Below, piece by piece: positions 21,653 through 32,336 of a stretch of 64,000 bases of DNA (position 1 is the stretch's first letter; each line of letters begins with the position of its first letter). Location of the stretch: positions 293,672 to 357,671 of the forward strand of contig NZ_JAMXSB010000005.1 in the NCBI RefSeq assembly GCF_024124665.1. Direction: 5' to 3'. Below the pieces are notes generated by a model that worked only from the letters and a program-made list of their open reading frames with translations, was not told where the DNA came from and did no database searches. This stretch comes from Pleionea sp. CnH1-48 (lineage in GTDB: Bacteria; Pseudomonadota; Gammaproteobacteria; Enterobacterales; Kangiellaceae). The position numbers and the translations under genes were made by a program.

Positions 21653-22333
21653 CTAAGCTCGCTGTTGAGTCGCTAATTGCTCACGCATTTGAGTGATACG
21701 TTCAGCATAATCCTCAGCATTAAATATCGCTGAGCCAGCAACAAAGGTATCGGCACCGGCCGCTGCAATCTCTGCAATGTTATCCACTTTAACGCCGCCA
21801 TCAATTTCCAATCGAATATCAAGGCCACTGCTATCAATCAAAGCTCTTACCTGACGCAATTTATCCAGTGTTGATGGAATAAAAGATTGCCCACCAAAGC
21901 CAGGGTTTACCGACATCAGCAACACCATATCCAGCTTTTCGAGCACATACTCAAGGCAATGGGTCGGTGTGGCAGGATTAAGAACTAGCCCGGCTTTGCA
22001 GCCATGGTCTTTAATCACCTGAATGGTTCTATCGACATGCTTAGACGCTTCAGGATGAAACGTGATGTAGTCGGCTCCAGCTTTAGCGAAATCAGGAATA
22101 ATACGATCCACTGGCTCAACCATCAGATGAACATCAATAGGAGCCTTGATGCCATAGTCTCGCAGCGCTTTACACACCATCGGCCCAATGGTCAGGTTAG
22201 GAACATAATGATTATCCATTACGTCGAAATGCACCCAATCAGCGCCAGCCTGAATGACGTTATCCACTTCTTCACCCAAACGAGCAAAATCAGCAGACAA
22301 GATTGAAGGAGCAATAACAGGAGAATTTGACAT
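21653..22333 (-). CDS. rpe: ribulose-phosphate 3-epimerase
   Basis: 226 aa. '[17 protein letters not shown]' and '[14 protein letters not shown]' motifs. Confidence 0.95.
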   Translation of the reverse strand: MSNSPVIAPSILSADFARLGEEVDNVIQAGADWVHFDVMDNHYVPNLTIGPMVCKALRDYGIKAPIDVHLMVEPVDRIIPDFAKAGADYITFHPEASKHVDRTIQVIKDHGCKAGLVLNPATPTHCLEYVLEKLDMVLLMSVNPGFGGQSFIPSTLDKLRQVRALIDSSGLDIRLEIDGGVKVDNIAEIAAAGADTFVAGSAIFNAEDYAERITQMREQLATQQRA

Positions 22334-22472
22334 GAATCTGGTCCAGAAATAATTAAACTGCCTATATTGTACTTAAAATCCGCTTTATCTCAAAAATGTT
22401 TCCACCTCTGCCAAGTGGTCAAAGCAAGCAGAATATGTCAAAGTAACCTCTCCCAGAACAAACCCGATCCCC

Positions 22473-23465
22473 ATGCGTTACTTAACGATTTTCTCACTCT
22501 TCATCATTCAATTTGCACAGGCTGCTGTGATAGCGCCAGATAAGCGCTGGCCAGCAGGAAGTCAACTCAACGTATGGTTTCTGGATGGTGATAAAGTCTG
22601 GCGTTCATTAGTCGAGCGTTATGCTGTTGAATGGAGCCAGTACGCCAATATTTCTTTTCGTTTCTATCATCAGAAGCCCTCCATCAGTCATATCCGGATT
22701 TCTTTTAAAGGTTACGACGGCACCCAGCTTGGCCGTCATGATGCCCTGACAAGCGACGAACCAACGATGCGTCTGGCAAGCCTTGCGCTACCTTCAACGA
22801 CAATGAAACAAAGACAACGCATTATCTTGCATGAATTCGGTCATGCACTTGGCCTTGAACATGAGTTTCGTCATCCAGACTGGCCTTATGGCGAGCAATG
22901 GCTGCGTTTACAGGCAGAGAGCTGCTCACAAAGGCTAAACTCTCTTTTTACGTCAGATACGGAACTGCGCCAACATTGCGCCCAAATCAATGCTCGATTA
23001 ACCAACAATCAAGTATGGCAATATCCTTATGATGAAGAATCCATCATGAATTATCCCATTGATGCTCAATGGTTGAGCAATCGCTCAACCCCTATAAAAG
23101 CCTCAACGTCACTCTCCCCTGGTGATAAATTAGCCATTAGCAACTGGTATCCGAAACAAAACCTGGTCGAAGCTTCCGATACAATTCTTCGTTTTAGTTT
23201 TAAAAACCATTGTGCACACTCTCTTTACCTGCGCCTATCCTATCGAGATGAGCAGCAGCAAAACCATAAGCAACAACTACTCATCCTTAAGGCACTAGAA
23301 CGTTCAACCGATTATAAGAGCAGCCAAAAAGAAATACGCTTTAACGCTCAATCCAACAATGGCGCTTTTAGCTGGCCTGCTCGTCTTGGCAACCAGCAAT
23401 ACGTAAGCCTACGGCTGGATCAACAAGCCGATAGCCATACCGAAATTCCTTTATACTGTAACTAG
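22473..23465 (+). CDS. secreted metzincin metallopeptidase with astacin-type signature
   Basis: 330 aa. Signal peptide MRYLTIFSLFIIQFAQAAV. Zinc site 'HEFGHALGLEHE' (HExxHxxGxxHE; the Glu after the third His is astacin-like). Confidence 0.75.
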   Translation: MRYLTIFSLFIIQFAQAAVIAPDKRWPAGSQLNVWFLDGDKVWRSLVERYAVEWSQYANISFRFYHQKPSISHIRISFKGYDGTQLGRHDALTSDEPTMRLASLALPSTTMKQRQRIILHEFGHALGLEHEFRHPDWPYGEQWLRLQAESCSQRLNSLFTSDTELRQHCAQINARLTNNQVWQYPYDEESIMNYPIDAQWLSNRSTPIKASTSLSPGDKLAISNWYPKQNLVEASDTILRFSFKNHCAHSLYLRLSYRDEQQQNHKQQLLILKALERSTDYKSSQKEIRFNAQSNNGAFSWPARLGNQQYVSLRLDQQADSHTEIPLYCN

Positions 23466-23653
23466 CTTATGCCCGTCGTATTTTAAATGAGGTCGGCGTT
23501 CGTTTACCGCCCCTGCCTTTCGAAATACTTTGGGTATATAATCCGCAAAAAGCCTCTCAATGATGAGTCGCCAACAATAAGACGTCAGGTATTATGGATT
23601 GCTACCAGAAGCGCTGTACTTGGCAACCCAAAGAAATCAGTTAGGATTGCTTC

Positions 23654-24451
23654 ATGAAAACAACTTGGACAGATATCTGCGTAAATCTTACCAACAAACG
23701 TTTTGATAAAGACCGTGAAGAGGTTATCAATCAGGCGGTTGAGGCCGATGTTAAACGCATGCTAGTAACGGGCACTAATCTGGAGCATAGTCGGCAAGCC
23801 GTCAAATTGGCAAACGCATATCCCGATCATCTGAAAGCGACAGCAGGGTGCCACCCGCATGATGCCAAAGAGATGACAGCGGCCTCATGGGTAGCATTGG
23901 AAGAACTCATTCGTTCGCCCGAAGTTGTAACGGTCGGTGAGTGTGGGCTTGATTTTGACCGCAACTTTTCTCCTGCGGATGTTCAACTGGAAGTCTTTGA
24001 GCGTCAGATACAATTGGCCATCAAATACCAGAAACCCTTGCTGCTGCATGAACGAAGTGCCCATGATGCCATGCTTTCGCTGCTGCAAAAATATCGAGAA
24101 CAATTGACCACATTGGTTATTCACTGCTTTACAGGCACTCGAGAACAAGTAAAACGCTATATCGAGTTAGATATTTATATCGGTGTGACAGGATGGGTAT
24201 GTGACGAAAGAAGAAATCACGATCTACTGGATGCTCTCAATGATATTCCACTTAATCGCTTAATGGTTGAGACCGATGCGCCTTACCTGACACCAAGAAA
24301 TCTAAAACCCAAACCTAAGAATGGACGAAATCTGCCATCAGTAGTGCCACATATAGGCAAAGAGCTAGCCAGCCACTATCAAGTTTCTCCATCAGAATTA
24401 CAATCAATCACAACACAGAACAGCATAGACTGCTTTAACTGGCCACTGTAG
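23654..24451 (+). CDS. tatD: TatD-family metal-dependent deoxyribonuclease
   Basis: 265 aa. 'ICVNL', 'GCHPHDAK', 'GECGLDF' motifs of the TatD amidohydrolase fold. Confidence 0.85.
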   Translation: MKTTWTDICVNLTNKRFDKDREEVINQAVEADVKRMLVTGTNLEHSRQAVKLANAYPDHLKATAGCHPHDAKEMTAASWVALEELIRSPEVVTVGECGLDFDRNFSPADVQLEVFERQIQLAIKYQKPLLLHERSAHDAMLSLLQKYREQLTTLVIHCFTGTREQVKRYIELDIYIGVTGWVCDERRNHDLLDALNDIPLNRLMVETDAPYLTPRNLKPKPKNGRNLPSVVPHIGKELASHYQVSPSELQSITTQNSIDCFNWPL

Positions 24452-24481
24452 TGTGACCAATAAACTGCTGAGGATTTAAGA

Positions 24482-26365
24482 ATGAGCGGAAGTCAATTTG
24501 AGTTGTTTAAACAAAAGCGTTTTATGCCGTTTTTTGTTACCCAGGCTTTGGGCGCATTAAACGATAATATCTACAAAACGGCACTGTTTATATTTTTCAC
24601 CTTTGCTGTCGCCGGAGACAGTCAAGAAGAATCAGGGCTTTTAACAAACCTGGCAGCCATCATTTTTATACTGCCCTTCTTTTTATTTTCATCGACATGC
24701 GGCCAGCTCGCAGAAAAGTATGAAAAGTCCGGCATCATCAGAAAAGTGAAGCTGCTCGAAATAGCTATAATGTCTTTGGCTGCCATCGGATTTTATCTTC
24801 AAAGCACTCCATTTTTGATCGGCGTACTGTTTTTAATGGGCACTCAATCAGCCATATTCGGCCCGATAAAATATGGCATTTTACCTCAACACCTAAGCAA
24901 GGAAGAATTAGTGGGAGGCAACGGCCTGGTAGAAATGGGCACTTTTCTGGCCATATTGCTCGGAATGATCCTCGGTGGCATTCTTATCGAAGTTTCAGAC
25001 GTTGGCCCTTATGTTGTTTCTTCAGTAGTTATTCTTATTGCTGTCACAGGCTATCTGTTCAGCCGGAAAATTCCTCAGGCACCAGCAGTAAATCCGGACC
25101 TAAAAATAAACTTTAATACCTTTAAGGAAACCTACAGAAACTTTTCTTTTATGAAAAAGAACAGAGTGGTGTTTCTGTCTGTTGCGGGCATATCCTGGTT
25201 CTGGTTTTTCGGTGCAACCATCATGGCTCAAATACCTAACTACACAAAATATACGCTGGGTGGAAAGTCAGAAATCGCCACATTAATACTGGCCGCGTTT
25301 TCGTTAGGTATCGGTCTAGGTTCCATGCTATGCGAAAGACTTTCTGGACGCAAAGTAGAGATTGGTCTGGTTCCTTTCGGGGCCATTGGTCTGACGATAT
25401 TTACCCTGGATCTCTATTTTGCTAACACCACAGCCGACGCCAGCCCAACCCTTGGCATTATAGAGTTTTTCCAACATGCACATAACTGGCGCGTGTTTAT
25501 CGATAGCATTCTCATTGGTGTTTTTGGTGGCTTCTTTATCGTTCCTCTGTATGCACTCATACAAACTCGTTGTGATCCATTGCATATCTCACGAACCATC
25601 GCCGGCAACAACATTATGAATGCCTTATTTATGGTGATGTCTGGCATCATGGCCATTACCCTGATAACACTTGGCTTTTCTATTCCAGAAATTATTTTAG
25701 TCACCGCAGTTCTGAATGCACTAGTTGCCCTGTATATCTTTACTCTGGTGCCTGAGTTTTTAATGCGCTTCTTAATATGGGTCTTTGTCAGTATCTTTTA
25801 TCGTTTAAAGATAAAAGACATCGAGAACATTCCAGAAAAAGGAGCTTGTGTATTAGTGTGCAACCACGTCAGCTTTATGGATGCCTTAATTCTCGCTGCG
25901 GGCAGCCGTCGTCCTATACGCTTTGTCATGGACCACAGGATCTTTAAAACGCCTATCCTAAGCTTTATTTTTAAAACGGCAAAGGCCATTCCCATTGCAC
26001 CAGCAAGAGAGAATCCTGAGCTTATGGAAAAAGCCTTCGATAAAGTTGCGGAAGTATTGGATAAAGGCGAGGTAGTCTGCATTTTCCCCGAAGGAAAAAT
26101 CACCTACGATGGCAATATGAATGTTTTTAAACCTGGCATAGAAAAAATCATTCAACGCACACCGGTACCTGTCATTCCTATGTATCTTGATGGTTTGTGG
26201 GGAAGCTTCTTTAGCCGCAAAGATGGCCCAGCAATGAGCAATATTCCAAGACGGTTTCGTTCCAAAGTCGCTTTAAACATAGGCGAACAGATCGCAGCAG
26301 AAGAAGTCACTGCCGAGCGATTGTTTGATGAAGTCTCAAAACTGAACAAAGAAGAGAATGAATAA
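24482..26365 (+). CDS. fused MFS transporter (LplT-like) / PlsC-family acyltransferase
   Basis: 627 aa. About 400 aa of 12-TM MFS, then a C-terminal acyltransferase with HxxxxD motif 'CNHVSFMD' and 'FPEGKIT'. Resembles a fused LplT/Aas lysophospholipid transport-reacylation pair. Confidence 0.75.
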   Translation: MSGSQFELFKQKRFMPFFVTQALGALNDNIYKTALFIFFTFAVAGDSQEESGLLTNLAAIIFILPFFLFSSTCGQLAEKYEKSGIIRKVKLLEIAIMSLAAIGFYLQSTPFLIGVLFLMGTQSAIFGPIKYGILPQHLSKEELVGGNGLVEMGTFLAILLGMILGGILIEVSDVGPYVVSSVVILIAVTGYLFSRKIPQAPAVNPDLKINFNTFKETYRNFSFMKKNRVVFLSVAGISWFWFFGATIMAQIPNYTKYTLGGKSEIATLILAAFSLGIGLGSMLCERLSGRKVEIGLVPFGAIGLTIFTLDLYFANTTADASPTLGIIEFFQHAHNWRVFIDSILIGVFGGFFIVPLYALIQTRCDPLHISRTIAGNNIMNALFMVMSGIMAITLITLGFSIPEIILVTAVLNALVALYIFTLVPEFLMRFLIWVFVSIFYRLKIKDIENIPEKGACVLVCNHVSFMDALILAAGSRRPIRFVMDHRIFKTPILSFIFKTAKAIPIAPARENPELMEKAFDKVAEVLDKGEVVCIFPEGKITYDGNMNVFKPGIEKIIQRTPVPVIPMYLDGLWGSFFSRKDGPAMSNIPRRFRSKVALNIGEQIAAEEVTAERLFDEVSKLNKEENE

Positions 26366-26883
26366 TGAAAATATTAATTAGAATAATCCAGGCAATAACG
26401 GCTCTAGTTCTCTTGTTTTTAAGTATAGGAGTGTTTTCTGGAGACGTTACCTATACGAATTCAATCACCGTCAATGCATCACCGCAAAAGGCCTATCAAA
26501 TTTTTACCGATAGCAACAACACAGAAAAATGGCTAACGGGCTTCAAGAGCTTTGAAAACATCAAAGGTGAGCCTTTAACAGAAGGCAGCGAATGGTGGGT
26601 AACGATAGAGCAAGATGGCGAAGTCATGAAGATGAAAGAGGTGGTCACTAAGGTAGAACCAAACAAGCACTTTGCTTTCACTCTAGACAATGAAATGATG
26701 ACAGTAGATATTGCGATTGATTTCGTTGCTCAAGGCAATAAAACAGAAATTAATGTAAACAATCGAGTCAGTGGAAAGAATATCTTGTGGCGCTCTATGT
26801 TTGTTTTTATGACCTCAGCGATGCAAAGCCATTCTCAGAAAGATTACGATAAACTTGCTGTTATTATTAATGAGCACGAATAA
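26365..26883 (+). CDS. hypothetical protein with N-terminal TM/signal, possibly SRPBCC fold
   Basis: 172 aa. Start overlaps the upstream stop (taATG). Hydrophobic N-terminus. Weak polyketide-cyclase-like pattern. Confidence 0.4.
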   Translation: MKILIRIIQAITALVLLFLSIGVFSGDVTYTNSITVNASPQKAYQIFTDSNNTEKWLTGFKSFENIKGEPLTEGSEWWVTIEQDGEVMKMKEVVTKVEPNKHFAFTLDNEMMTVDIAIDFVAQGNKTEINVNNRVSGKNILWRSMFVFMTSAMQSHSQKDYDKLAVIINEHE

Positions 26884-26894
26884 ATAAGAGTAGA

Positions 26895-26926
26895 TAAAAA
26901 AGGGTGTCGAATCTACTTCGACACCC
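26895..26926 (-). terminator. rho-independent terminator
   Basis: Stem gggtgtcga/tcgacaccc, flanked by A7 on the plus strand that gives a U-tail on the minus strand. Lies just downstream of the minus-strand gene 26934..27803. Confidence 0.6.
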
Positions 26927-26933
26927 CGTCAAC

Positions 26934-27803
26934 CTAACTGGCCTGTGGAAAACCGAACTGATTGCCACCTTCTGTTCCAGCCAAAAAGCCATTCATAATA
27001 AAGATCACCAGGCCTCCAAGAGGAATAAACGCAATCAAATACCACCAGCCTGATTTGTCCTGATCATGCAAACGTTTCACATTAACGGTAATGCCGACAT
27101 AGATCATGAGCACCATGAGAACCAGCGTTAGTATACCCATGATAATAACACCAATGCCGCCACCAGCACCGCCACTGCCAGATGTACCTACCACCAACGA
27201 AAACAAAAACATAAAGACGAAAGATAAAACCATCGGCAAGATAAAACCGTACATCCACCAGGTGCGACGATTAATGCGTCCGTTGAAAGATAATAGAATA
27301 TCTTTCGGAGACATCTCGACATACTGCACAGTGCTGTAATCAACCACATCGCTTTCGGGCGCAGCATAAAAGTCTTCTTCGACATCGTTACCTGCAGGCT
27401 CTTCAGGCGGAGGAGTCACCTCTAAACTATGCCCCATCATTTGGCCTTCGTTTTCTTCACCACCCTCAACCTGGAAGTTCGCTGGTCCATCATTCGATGT
27501 AGCGGCTTCTTCTTCGTCAGTAGGTTCCAAGGTCCAAGCTGGCGCAGCAACCTCAGGCTCTTCGTTAATGGCTTCCAGGCGCACACCTGCACCTCGTTGA
27601 GTGATGGCTCGCTCAAATTTTTCAGCGGTCGCTTTGTCCACTTCTTTCTTAATAGTTTTAGGTGCTTTTGCAAGAATCTTCTCGATTTGCTCTTCGCTCT
27701 TTTTAAACAAAGCGGCCAAAGCAGGTACAACGACCTCTCGTTCTTGAATCAGTTCACCAGTCAAAATGACATTATATTTTGCTGCTTGCAAAACACCCTC
27801 CAA
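26934..27803 (-). CDS. ribosomal L7/L12 C-terminal-domain-like module fused to a DUF805 membrane domain
   Basis: 289 aa. N-terminal 'YNVILTGELIQEREVVVPALAALFKKSEEQIEKILAKAPKTIKK..AEKFERAITQRGAGVRLE' parallels the L7/L12 CTD. Acidic linker. C-terminal DUF805 hallmarks 'RINRRTWWMYGF...NVKRLHDQDKSGWWYL'. Confidence 0.65.
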   Translation of the reverse strand: MEGVLQAAKYNVILTGELIQEREVVVPALAALFKKSEEQIEKILAKAPKTIKKEVDKATAEKFERAITQRGAGVRLEAINEEPEVAAPAWTLEPTDEEEAATSNDGPANFQVEGGEENEGQMMGHSLEVTPPPEEPAGNDVEEDFYAAPESDVVDYSTVQYVEMSPKDILLSFNGRINRRTWWMYGFILPMVLSFVFMFLFSLVVGTSGSGGAGGGIGVIIMGILTLVLMVLMIYVGITVNVKRLHDQDKSGWWYLIAFIPLGGLVIFIMNGFLAGTEGGNQFGFPQAS

Positions 27804-27919
27804 CTCATTTGCAATTTGATATTGTCATCACTCTTAATTATCACAAAGTTGATATCAAGAGCATTCAATATCTGTTAAATAATTTTGTTAAATTTACAAG
27901 TTTCTTATGCGTTTAAAAA

Positions 27920-28357
27920 CTATACTTTCAGCCAGAAAGTCACAGGACCATCGTTACATAAAGAGACTTTCATATCGGCTCCAAATACACCAGCTTCAAC
28001 ACTTTCATACTGATTTTTCGCATAATCCAGTGCGTGATGAAAAAGGGCTTTACCTAGTTCTGGTGCAGCGGCACTACTAAAGCTGGGCCGAGTACCCTTG
28101 CGAGTGTCCGCAGGCAGAGTAAATTGAGGTACGAGCAGCAATCCGCCTTGAATATTATTCAAGCTCAAATTCATCTTTCCTGCTTCGTCTTCAAATATGC
28201 GATACCCCAGCATCTTTTGAATAAGTCGCTCAGCTTGCTCTTGAGAATCACCTTTTTCAACACCAATGAGTGCCAGAATTCCTTTTTCGATTTGTCCTGT
28301 TATTTGTCCACTCACTTCAACTCGTGCATCAGTCACTCGCTGAATCAGTCCAATCAT
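27920..28357 (-). CDS. dtd: D-aminoacyl-tRNA deacylase
   Basis: 145 aa. 'MIGLIQRVTDARVEV', and 'SNGPVTF' near the C-terminus. Confidence 0.9.
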   Translation of the reverse strand: MIGLIQRVTDARVEVSGQITGQIEKGILALIGVEKGDSQEQAERLIQKMLGYRIFEDEAGKMNLSLNNIQGGLLLVPQFTLPADTRKGTRPSFSSAAAPELGKALFHHALDYAKNQYESVEAGVFGADMKVSLCNDGPVTFWLKV

Positions 28358-29309
28358 GCGTTACAATCCAATGCATATCTTTAGAAGCGCGAACCAGAGC
28401 ATCGGTTATACCCGGATCCAAGTTCGCATGACAGGCATCTCTTATAACATGAAGTTCGGCTTCAGGCCAGTGGTGTTGCAATAACCAGGCCGAATCGAGG
28501 GGACAGAGCAGGTCAAAACGTCCATGAACGATGATGCCAGGAATTCCTGATAACTTGTGGGCATTTTCGATAACCCGGTTGTCTTCGAGAAAACAATTTT
28601 GGCGGAAGTAATGAGCCTGGATTTTGGCCGTTGTCATCGCCACATGAGGATCATGGAAGCGTTTAATCCAGACATTGCTATGATGGAGCAAGCTGCTTTT
28701 GGCATACCAGGTCGCCCAACTTTTAGCAGCAGACATACGTGCTAATTCGTCCGTCCCTCCCAGCCGATCAGAAAACACTTCCAAAACGTTGTCATGGTCC
28801 TTGGAGTGAAGAGATTGCACAAACTCTTCCCAATAATCAGGTACCAAACGGGGAATCCCGGTACGAAAGATCCAGTCGACATCGGCCTCACGCCCCAGAA
28901 AAACACTATGAATGATCAGCCCATGAACTCGCATGTTAAAGCTTTGCGCATAGAGCAACGCCAGAGTACCGCCCCAGCCGCCACCAAATATCACCCAGCG
29001 GTCAACCTCAAGATGCTCTCTTATCGCCTCTAAATCATGCAGTAAATGTTCGGTTGTATTGGCTTCTAATTCATTGTCGGCAAGAGAACGACCACACCCA
29101 CGTTGGTCAAAAAGGATAATGCGGAATTTTTCGGGATCAAAAAAACGTCGATGATAAGAAATCGACCCTGTTCCTGGGCCTCCATGCACATAAAGAACGG
29201 GCAGTCCTTTGGGAGAACCGCTTTCTTCGATATAGATTTGATGCCCATTGCCAACATCCAGCAAATGCTCGGCATAGGGTTTTATTTCTGGGTACAGAAC
29301 CTGCATCAT
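28329..29309 (-). CDS. pip: proline iminopeptidase (alpha/beta hydrolase)
   Basis: 326 aa. 'LYVHGGPGTGS...FDQRGCGRS' prolyl aminopeptidase signature. 29-nt overlap with dtd. Confidence 0.85.
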   Translation of the reverse strand: MMQVLYPEIKPYAEHLLDVGNGHQIYIEESGSPKGLPVLYVHGGPGTGSISYHRRFFDPEKFRIILFDQRGCGRSLADNELEANTTEHLLHDLEAIREHLEVDRWVIFGGGWGGTLALLYAQSFNMRVHGLIIHSVFLGREADVDWIFRTGIPRLVPDYWEEFVQSLHSKDHDNVLEVFSDRLGGTDELARMSAAKSWATWYAKSSLLHHSNVWIKRFHDPHVAMTTAKIQAHYFRQNCFLEDNRVIENAHKLSGIPGIIVHGRFDLLCPLDSAWLLQHHWPEAELHVIRDACHANLDPGITDALVRASKDMHWIVTHDWTDSASD

Positions 29310-29493
29310 AAACCGCCGTTTTTTCTTTATGTTAGCACGCTAGCGCTAGAAGTCAGGCAAGAGAGCGAAAAAATCTCTATTCATGAATAGGAAATGTCTT
29401 ACATTGAAATAGGATATGACTTACAGAGATAGATCGGCGGTTACGATAGAGTAGATATCGTCAATCTCCTACCTGCAATTTTAAATTTGACAC

Positions 29494-29519
29494 ACCCCGG
29501 CGAAAGCCGGGTTTTTTTT
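29494..29519 (+). terminator. GC hairpin plus T8 (intrinsic terminator, possibly bidirectional)
   Basis: ccccggc-gaaa-gccggg followed by T8. Flanking CDSs are on the minus strand, and an A-run precedes the hairpin on the plus strand. Confidence 0.5.
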
Positions 29520-29533
29520 GCTTTGCAAAAAGT

Positions 29534-29917
29534 CTATTGCTCAGACTCTTTAGCATCTGTGTTTTCTTTTTCGACTTCGCCCTGAATAATACGAACATAC
29601 CCTTTGGGCAGTGCACGCTCATCCAACTCATGCTCATCACGAATGTTATCGTAGGCAATTTGCACGCAGGGACGCTCCGGATTCTCGGCCATGCAGCGAC
29701 GATATTCCTTTTTTAATGATTCCAATACGGGTTCCGCTTTCGGCGGCTCAACATAACCTAATAAAGCACGGGTAACGTCAAGAGCACTGGTTTCTGCACA
29801 TGACGTAAGAAAGGTAATAACGACAAGACTTGCAATGATTTTAATGGACAATTCAACATCCCCTATCGAGTTAGCTGTACAAAGCCTCGACAGCACAGCT
29901 AAGTCGCTGGCCACCAC
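29534..29917 (-). CDS. hypothetical periplasmic lipoprotein
   Basis: Lipobox 'FLTSC' after a hydrophobic stretch. The true start is probably internal to the track ORF. Confidence 0.45.
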   Translation of the reverse strand: MVASDLAVLSRLCTANSIGDVELSIKIIASLVVITFLTSCAETSALDVTRALLGYVEPPKAEPVLESLKKEYRRCMAENPERPCVQIAYDNIRDEHELDERALPKGYVRIIQGEVEKENTDAKESEQ

Positions 29918-30000
29918 TTTGTGATCAGAACCGATAGACCGTAAAAACGGACATCGGTTCCTTAAAGTTTAGACCAGAGATATCTATCGACGGCTAGAAA

Positions 30001-31827
30001 TTAATCTTTAGAACGTGCCGCACGCTTACGCTCGTGCTCTTTCAAGAACTTCTTACGTACGCGGATGTTGTTTGGAGTCACTTCAACCAGCTCATCATCA
30101 TCGATGAACTCCAGTGCCTGCTCCAGAGTAAAGCGGATAGGCGGTGTTAATACCAGGTTTTCATCGGTACCAGCCGCTCGAACATTAGTTAGCTGCTTAC
30201 CTTTTAGCGGGTTAACCGTCAGGTCGTTATCACGTGAGTGGATACCGATAACCATGCCCTCATAAACTTCCACACCATGGTCAATAAACAAACGACCACG
30301 ATCCTGAAGAGAAAACAGCGCATAGCCTAAGGCTTTTCCGTCACCATTACTGATAAGAACCCCATTATGGCGTTGTGCCAAAGCACCAGGAACCGCAGGA
30401 CCGTAATGATCAAAGGTGTGATAAATAAGTCCGCTACCAGAAGTAGCTGTCATGAACTCAGTCTGGAAACCAATCAAGCCACGGGCAGGAATCATAAAGT
30501 CCAGACGAACACGTCCTTTCCCATCCGGTACCATGTTGGTCATTTCGGCTTTACGCTCACCCAGCTTCTCCATGACAGAGCCCTGATGATCTTCTTCGAT
30601 ATCAATGGTTAGATTTTCGTAGGGCTCCTGCATTTCACCATCAATTTCGCGCATGATAACTTCAGGACGTGATACCGCTAACTCAAATCCTTCACGACGC
30701 ATGTTTTCAATCAATACAGACAAGTGCAGCTCACCACGACCCGATACCTTAAACTTATCAGGATCATCAGTTTGCTCAACACGTAAAGCAACATTGTGGA
30801 TAAGCTCTCGATCCAGACGCTCAAGGATCTGACGAGAAGTCAGGAATTTACCGTCTTTACCTGCAAATGGCGAGTTATTTACCTGGAAAGTCATGGTCAC
30901 AGTTGGCTCATCAACAGACAGCGCAGGCAAAGCTTCCACCGCCTCTGGAGCACAAATAGTGTCAGAAATTTTAGGGGCTTCAACACCCGTGATCGCAACA
31001 ATATCACCTGCCGTCGCGCTTTCAACTTCGTCACGCTCTAAACCAAGATAACCGAGCACCTGGCCAATTTTACCGTTACGAGTTTTGCCTTCTGCGTTGA
31101 TGATAGTAACAGGCATGTTAGTACGTACCGTACCACGAGTAATACGACCAACCGCAATAGCACCAACATAAGAAGAATAATCCAGCTGAGAAACCTGCAT
31201 CTGGAACGGACCATCAAGGTCAACTTTGGGCGGCTCAACAATATCGACGATAGCCTGAAACAAGGCTGTCATGTCACCTTCGCGAGTGTCCTGATCGTCA
31301 GAAGCATAGCCATTCAATGCAGAAGCATAAACAACGGGGAAGTCTAATTGCTCGTCTGTTGCACCCAAGCGATCAAATAGGTCAAAAACCTGATCCATAA
31401 CCCAGTCAGGACGAGCGCCAGGGCGGTCAATTTTGTTAATCACAACAATGGGTTTTAGACCTTGAGCAAAGGCTTTTTGCGTTACAAAGCGAGTTTGTGG
31501 CATAGGGCCGTCTACCGCGTCAACCAGCAGCAATACTGAGTCAACCATCGACATAATACGCTCTACTTCACCACCAAAATCAGCGTGTCCAGGTGTATCA
31601 ACGATATTGATACGGTAGTCATTCCAGCGTATTGCCGTATTTTTTGCCAAGATGGTAATGCCACGCTCTTTTTCCAGATCATTAGAGTCCATGATCCGCT
31701 CTTGAGGCGCCGCGCGCTCAGACAAGGTGCCTGACTGCTGTAATAGCTTATCAACCAGGGTAGTTTTACCATGGTCAACGTGTGCGATGATCGCAATGTT
31801 TCTTAAGTTGCTGATATTTGATGACAT
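30001..31827 (-). CDS. typA: ribosome-associated translational GTPase BipA/TypA
   Basis: 608 aa. G-domain '[15 protein letters not shown]', '[14 protein letters not shown]'. EF-G-like domains. Confidence 0.95.
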   Translation of the reverse strand: MSSNISNLRNIAIIAHVDHGKTTLVDKLLQQSGTLSERAAPQERIMDSNDLEKERGITILAKNTAIRWNDYRINIVDTPGHADFGGEVERIMSMVDSVLLLVDAVDGPMPQTRFVTQKAFAQGLKPIVVINKIDRPGARPDWVMDQVFDLFDRLGATDEQLDFPVVYASALNGYASDDQDTREGDMTALFQAIVDIVEPPKVDLDGPFQMQVSQLDYSSYVGAIAVGRITRGTVRTNMPVTIINAEGKTRNGKIGQVLGYLGLERDEVESATAGDIVAITGVEAPKISDTICAPEAVEALPALSVDEPTVTMTFQVNNSPFAGKDGKFLTSRQILERLDRELIHNVALRVEQTDDPDKFKVSGRGELHLSVLIENMRREGFELAVSRPEVIMREIDGEMQEPYENLTIDIEEDHQGSVMEKLGERKAEMTNMVPDGKGRVRLDFMIPARGLIGFQTEFMTATSGSGLIYHTFDHYGPAVPGALAQRHNGVLISNGDGKALGYALFSLQDRGRLFIDHGVEVYEGMVIGIHSRDNDLTVNPLKGKQLTNVRAAGTDENLVLTPPIRFTLEQALEFIDDDELVEVTPNNIRVRKKFLKEHERKRAARSKD

Positions 31828-32336
31828 TTTATGTGCATGACCTTATATAAAAACAGAACTTGTACACATAAATGTACATATTCTAAGTCGCCCCGAAAGC
31901 GGGCTCTGGTATAAAAGCGAGCAATTATAGAATGAACTATTTAAAGTTCCTAAGTTTATTTTAAAGATAGCAAATCAATACTAACTCGCTAACAAAAAAT
32001 CTGCTGGCAAAAGATTCTTATAGATGCCTTTGGCAAACATCTCAAAACCAATATAACCTCTTGTTTTTATTATTAATATCTAAAAAGCAAAACAACGCTT
32101 TCGAAAACTCGCCAATAACTTTGCCTCGATCATACAGCGCAAAGATGACATTTCATTAATTCGGTCACTCGATAGTTAAATACGAAGTCCTGCGTTTCTC
32201 TTACATTTTCTCGCGGATTTTCTTCCGCTAAGTCAGTGTTCGTCACAAAAAAAGCACCCGCTTGGCTAACTTTCTTGACACATGCAATAAATTTTTCAAC
32301 TCTATGGTTATTCAAGTACAACCAACGAGTTCTCTT

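Noticed and set aside
29461-29658. 65-aa minus-strand ORF overlapping the GC hairpin/T8 terminator.
   Set aside because: It is composed largely of the terminator sequence and the 3' end of the neighbouring lipoprotein ORF, and has no SD or domain.
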